DNA of 10,954 bases from contig CAYPLO010000034.1 in NCBI GenBank assembly GCA_964411615.1, positions 4,184 to 15,137 of the forward strand, in the 5' to 3' direction. The notes beneath the pieces were generated by a model. The model did not search any database. It saw nothing but the letters and a program-made list of their open reading frames with translations, and was not told the origin of the DNA. The stretch is from an uncultured Aquificales bacterium (GTDB lineage Bacteria > Thermosulfidibacterota > Thermosulfidibacteria > Thermosulfidibacterales > Thermosulfidibacteraceae). Shown piece after piece: positions 8,159 to 10,954 of the stretch (positions within the stretch are counted from its first letter, which is position 1; every line of letters begins with the position of its first letter). The position numbers and the translations under genes were made by a program.

Positions 8159-8201
8159 TTTGCCCTGACCCACCCCAGGCATAAATTTATTATTGATAAA
8201 T
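8138..8201 (+). promoter_or_regulatory. Putative promoter flanked by two inverted repeats (candidate operators)
   Basis: TTGCCC (8160-8165)-16 bp-TAAATT (8182-8187). CAGATAA-N6-TTATCTG at 8138-8157. ATTTAT-N5-ATAAAT at 8185-8201. Confidence 0.4.
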
Positions 8202-8219
8202 CCCCACAAGGAGGTGGCC

Positions 8220-8729
8220 ATGTCCTACTTCAGCGCATGGCGTAAGGAGTTTGAGTCCCAGGACCCGGGAAATCCCTACTACGAGTTCAAGAAGTATCCA
8301 GAGCCTACCGTATGCCCTGTCTGCAACGCCTACTACAGGGACGGCAGATGGACCTGGGAAAAGCCCGAGAACCTCAACGGAGTGAACGAAGCGGTCTGCC
8401 CGGCGTGCAGGAGGATACAGGACAGGTATCCCGGAGGTATAGTAAGGGTTGAGGGAAGCTACTTTCTCAACAGGAAGGAAGAGATAATGAACCTCATCAA
8501 GAACGAAGAGGAGAACGCCAGGAACATGAGACCACTACAGAGAATCATGTCAATAGAGGAGGACGACCAGGGTATAACCATAAACGTCACCTACCCCACC
8601 CTTGCAAGGCGTCTGGGAGAGGCCCTTTACAGGGCCCACAAGGGAAGCCTGGAGTTTGCCTACAACGAGGGAGAAAAGTTCGTAAGGGTAATCTGGAGAA
8701 GGGACGAGGCAGAGCAGAGCACCGATTGA
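8220..8729 (+). CDS. BCAM0308-family protein (two CxxC pairs, NMD3-like)
   Basis: 169 aa from ATG 8220 (SD AAGGAGGT 8208-8215). DPYY-like NPYY, PEPTVCPVC...GRWTW, CPACRRIQDRYPGG, PLQRIM, LARRLGEALYRAHKG, VRVIWRR. Confidence 0.8.
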   Translation: MSYFSAWRKEFESQDPGNPYYEFKKYPEPTVCPVCNAYYRDGRWTWEKPENLNGVNEAVCPACRRIQDRYPGGIVRVEGSYFLNRKEEIMNLIKNEEENARNMRPLQRIMSIEEDDQGITINVTYPTLARRLGEALYRAHKGSLEFAYNEGEKFVRVIWRRDEAEQSTD

Positions 8730-8754
8730 AAAGCTTACTACTGTATGTTTTAAT
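8726..8754 (+). promoter_or_regulatory. Putative sigma70 promoter for hbd-crt
   Basis: TTGAAA (8726-8731)-17 bp-TTTAAT (8749-8754) with TG at 8746-8747 (extended -10 position), in an AT-rich gap. Confidence 0.45.
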
Positions 8755-8783
8755 CTACTCAAACAATTTTAAGGAGGTGGGGA

Positions 8784-9653
8784 ATGAAGCTTGAGGATAT
8801 CAAGACCATAGGCGTGTGTGGCGCTGGAACCATGGGTTCAGGCATAGCTCAGGTGGCAGCGGCATCGGGCTTCAACGTGATACTCAGGGACATATCCGAC
8901 GAGGCCCTTGAGAGGGGTATGAACATAATAAAGAAGAGCCTGGGCAGAATCGTTAAGAAGGGCAAGATGACCCAGGAAGAGGCCGATGCTGTGCTGGGCA
9001 GGATAAAGACCACCAAAAACTTGGAGGACCTGAAGGATGCCGACTACGTGATAGAGGCGGTATTTGAGAAGATGGAGTTAAAGAAGGAGATTTTCGGGGA
9101 GCTGGACAGAATAACAAGGCCCGACGTGGTTCTTGCCACAAACACATCGTCCCTATCCATAACGGAGATAGCCGCATCAACGGGCAGGCCCGATAAGGTG
9201 GTGGGCATGCACTTCTTCAACCCTGTGCCCGTCCTGCCCCTGGTTGAGATAGTGAAAGGACTCACCACCTCAGATGAGACTGTGGAGCTTGCCTATCAGC
9301 TTGCCAAGAAGATGGGCAAGTCCCCCATAAAGACCAAGGACCAGCCTGGATTTATCGTCAACAGGATACTGGTTCCCTACATGAACGAAGCGGCCTGGGC
9401 ATACATGGAGGGAGTGGGAACCGCTGAAGAGATAGACCAAGCCATGAAGCTCGGTGCAAACATGCCCATAGGTCCCCTGGCCCTCATAGATCTGGTTGGT
9501 GTGGATATAACCCTTGACGTGCTTGAGGTGCTGTACCGTGAGTTTGGCGACCCCAAGTTCAGACCTGCACCAATTCTGAGGCAGATGGTGAGGGCAGGGC
9601 ATCTTGGCCGCAAGACGGGTAAAGGCTTCTACACCTATGAGGACAGAACATAG
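8784..9653 (+). CDS. hbd: 3-hydroxybutyryl-CoA (3-hydroxyacyl-CoA) dehydrogenase
   Basis: 289 aa. Rossmann GAGTMGSGIA, VIEAVFE, ATNTSSLSI, catalytic GMHFFNP, PGFIVNR, GRKTGKGFY. SD AAGGAGGT 8771-8778. Confidence 0.95.
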   Translation: MKLEDIKTIGVCGAGTMGSGIAQVAAASGFNVILRDISDEALERGMNIIKKSLGRIVKKGKMTQEEADAVLGRIKTTKNLEDLKDADYVIEAVFEKMELKKEIFGELDRITRPDVVLATNTSSLSITEIAASTGRPDKVVGMHFFNPVPVLPLVEIVKGLTTSDETVELAYQLAKKMGKSPIKTKDQPGFIVNRILVPYMNEAAWAYMEGVGTAEEIDQAMKLGANMPIGPLALIDLVGVDITLDVLEVLYREFGDPKFRPAPILRQMVRAGHLGRKTGKGFYTYEDRT

Positions 9654-9665
9654 AGGAGGTGAAGG

Positions 9666-10448
9666 ATGGCATATGAGACCCTGATTGTAGAGAAGAAGGA
9701 GAACATCGCAATCGTGACCATCAACAGGCCCAAGGTTCTCAACGCCCTGAACGCCACAGTGATAGACGAGCTTGAGAGATGCTTCAAAGAGTTGCAGCAG
9801 GACCCTGAGGTGGGAGCCGTCATCCTGACCGGTGCAGGGGACAAGGCCTTTGTGGCAGGGGCAGACATAACAGGGCTTGTGGAGCTCAACCCCCTTGAGG
9901 GTAAGAGGTTTGCCGAGAGGGGACAGGCGGTATTCAACCTCATAGAGAACCTGGGCAAGCCCGTGATTGCAGCCATAAACGGGTACGCCCTTGGTGGAGG
10001 ATGCGAGCTGGCCATGGCCTGCACCATAAGGATAGCCTCCGAAAAGGCAAAGCTCGGCCAGCCAGAGGTTAACTTAGGGATAATCCCCGGATACGGAGGC
10101 ACCCAGAGGCTGCCGAGGCTAATTGGCAAGGGTAGAGCCATGGAGCTGATACTCACCGGAAGGATGGTGGATGCCCAGGAGGCTTATCAGATAGGCCTTG
10201 TGAATAAGGTGGTACCCCATGATAAGCTTATGGACGAGGCCATCGAGATGGCAAAGACCATCCTAAGCAAGGGTCCACTGGCGGTGAAGTACGCCATGGA
10301 GGCGGTGAACAGAGGGCTTGAGGTGAGCCTTGAGGAGGGCCTGAGGATAGAGGCTGACCTGTTCGGCATCTGCTGTGCCACAGAAGACAAGGTAGAAGGA
10401 ACAAAGGCCTTCCTTGAGAAGAGAAAGCCCAACTTCCAGGGCAAGTGA
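9666..10448 (+). CDS. crt: Short-chain enoyl-CoA hydratase (crotonase)
   Basis: 260 aa. NRPKVLNALN, AFVAGADI, ALGGGCE and GQPEVNLGIIPGYGGTQRL (both catalytic Glu), FLEKRKPNF. SD GGAGGT 9655-9660. Confidence 0.95.
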   Translation: MAYETLIVEKKENIAIVTINRPKVLNALNATVIDELERCFKELQQDPEVGAVILTGAGDKAFVAGADITGLVELNPLEGKRFAERGQAVFNLIENLGKPVIAAINGYALGGGCELAMACTIRIASEKAKLGQPEVNLGIIPGYGGTQRLPRLIGKGRAMELILTGRMVDAQEAYQIGLVNKVVPHDKLMDEAIEMAKTILSKGPLAVKYAMEAVNRGLEVSLEEGLRIEADLFGICCATEDKVEGTKAFLEKRKPNFQGK

Positions 10449-10457
10449 GGTAGTAGT

Positions 10458-10478
10458 GGGGAGGGTTACACCCTCCCC
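10458..10478. terminator. GC-rich hairpin between convergent genes, probable terminator
   Basis: GGGGAGGGT-TAC-ACCCTCCCC, a perfect 9-bp stem starting 10 nt after the crt stop. Only TT follows, so the U-tract is weak. Confidence 0.55.
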
Positions 10479-10954
10479 TTGCACTCCTCAAAGTTGAGAA
10501 TGTCCATATACTCCCACTCTCTGTAGCCCATTGCGTAGATACCGTTCCTGCTGAGAAGCTCAAGCCACTCGGGCTTGAACCTCAGCATAGCCATTATCAA
10601 GACAAGCTCCCTTCCCTGATACTCAGGAAAGAACCTGAAGAAGCGCCCGCCCTTCTCCTTTAGCTGGTCAACATAGTCGTTCCTGAAGGCAGATTTTACC
10701 TCAATGAGAAACACCTTGTCTCTGCATGCAGCAACCACATCAAACTCTTCTCTAACCCCGTTCCTCTTTCTATCAACGTTCATCATAAGGTCCTCAATCT
10801 CGCACTTGAAATACTTTTCAAGAACAGGCCTCACAGCGGGAAAGATTATATCCTCAACAAGGGTTCCAAACTTGTTGGCAAGCTCACCCCATCTCTTGTT
10901 CATCCTTCTGTTCTCAGCCTTCACCTCTTCCTTAAAGGCACTCATCTCATCCTT
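10466..10954 (-). CDS. Coiled-coil + PD-(D/E)XK nuclease-like domain protein (DUF3782/DUF1626-like), 5'-truncated by the window edge
   Basis: Frame is open to the edge (KDEMSAFKEEVKAENRRMNKRWGELANKFGTLVEDII...). Motif E(LVED)...D(EFDVVA)...ExK(IEVKS); heptad-like KDEMSAF/KEEVKAE. Stop TAA at 10468-10466. Confidence 0.75.
   Translation of the reverse strand, partial: KDEMSAFKEEVKAENRRMNKRWGELANKFGTLVEDIIFPAVRPVLEKYFKCEIEDLMMNVDRKRNGVREEFDVVAACRDKVFLIEVKSAFRNDYVDQLKEKGGRFFRFFPEYQGRELVLIMAMLRFKPEWLELLSRNGIYAMGYREWEYMDILNFEECKGRV

Noticed and set aside
8161..8181. TGCCCTG...CAGGCA hairpin as terminator of the era operon
   Set aside because: Short bulged stem with no clean U-tract, overlapping a promoter-like sequence; too weak to call.
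8193..8219. TTG start at 8193 and TTGAT as an FNR box
   Set aside because: ATG 8220 has the strong SD; TTGAT lacks the ATCAA partner half-site.
1035..10563. Other alternative-frame and antisense ORFs (e.g. 1111-1671, 2701-3123, 3286-3729, 6504-7040, 7654-8064, 9635-10156)
   Set aside because: All overlap better-supported genes, lack motifs, and show the composition of shadow frames.
1..10954. tRNA, rRNA, riboswitch, IS/integrase, or recoded (selenocysteine/frameshift) genes
   Set aside because: All intergenic gaps are under 90 bp, no such motifs were seen, and recognised proteins are uninterrupted. A covariance-model scan was not possible.

Overview
Gene-dense bacterial chromosomal window (roughly 50-55% GC by eye; heavy AGG/AGA-Arg and ATA-Ile usage and strong GGAGG(T) Shine-Dalgarno sites, suggesting a thermophile). 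It holds 15 CDSs, two cut by the window edges. In order: 3' end of a PilZ-domain gene and a DUF2802/DUF6115-like membrane-anchored coiled-coil gene; a HIT hydrolase (-) divergent from a metallo-beta-lactamase-fold hydrolase, lipoprotein and HAD-IIA phosphatase; a short PrmA-like methyltransferase (-) divergent from era-mgtE-yihY/brkB-membrane protein; a BCAM0308-like four-cysteine protein; hbd-crt; and a convergent coiled-coil PD-(D/E)XK nuclease-like gene. I saw no rRNA, tRNA, CRISPR array or transposase. The region is mostly housekeeping and I cannot support a complete novel system. Best leads: the BCAM0308/NMD3-like protein with its palindromic upstream sites, the PrmA lacking its N-terminal domain, a hairpin over the era RBS, the nuclease-like gene, and near-absence of GATC and CTAG. 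All family calls come from motif recognition, not database searches.
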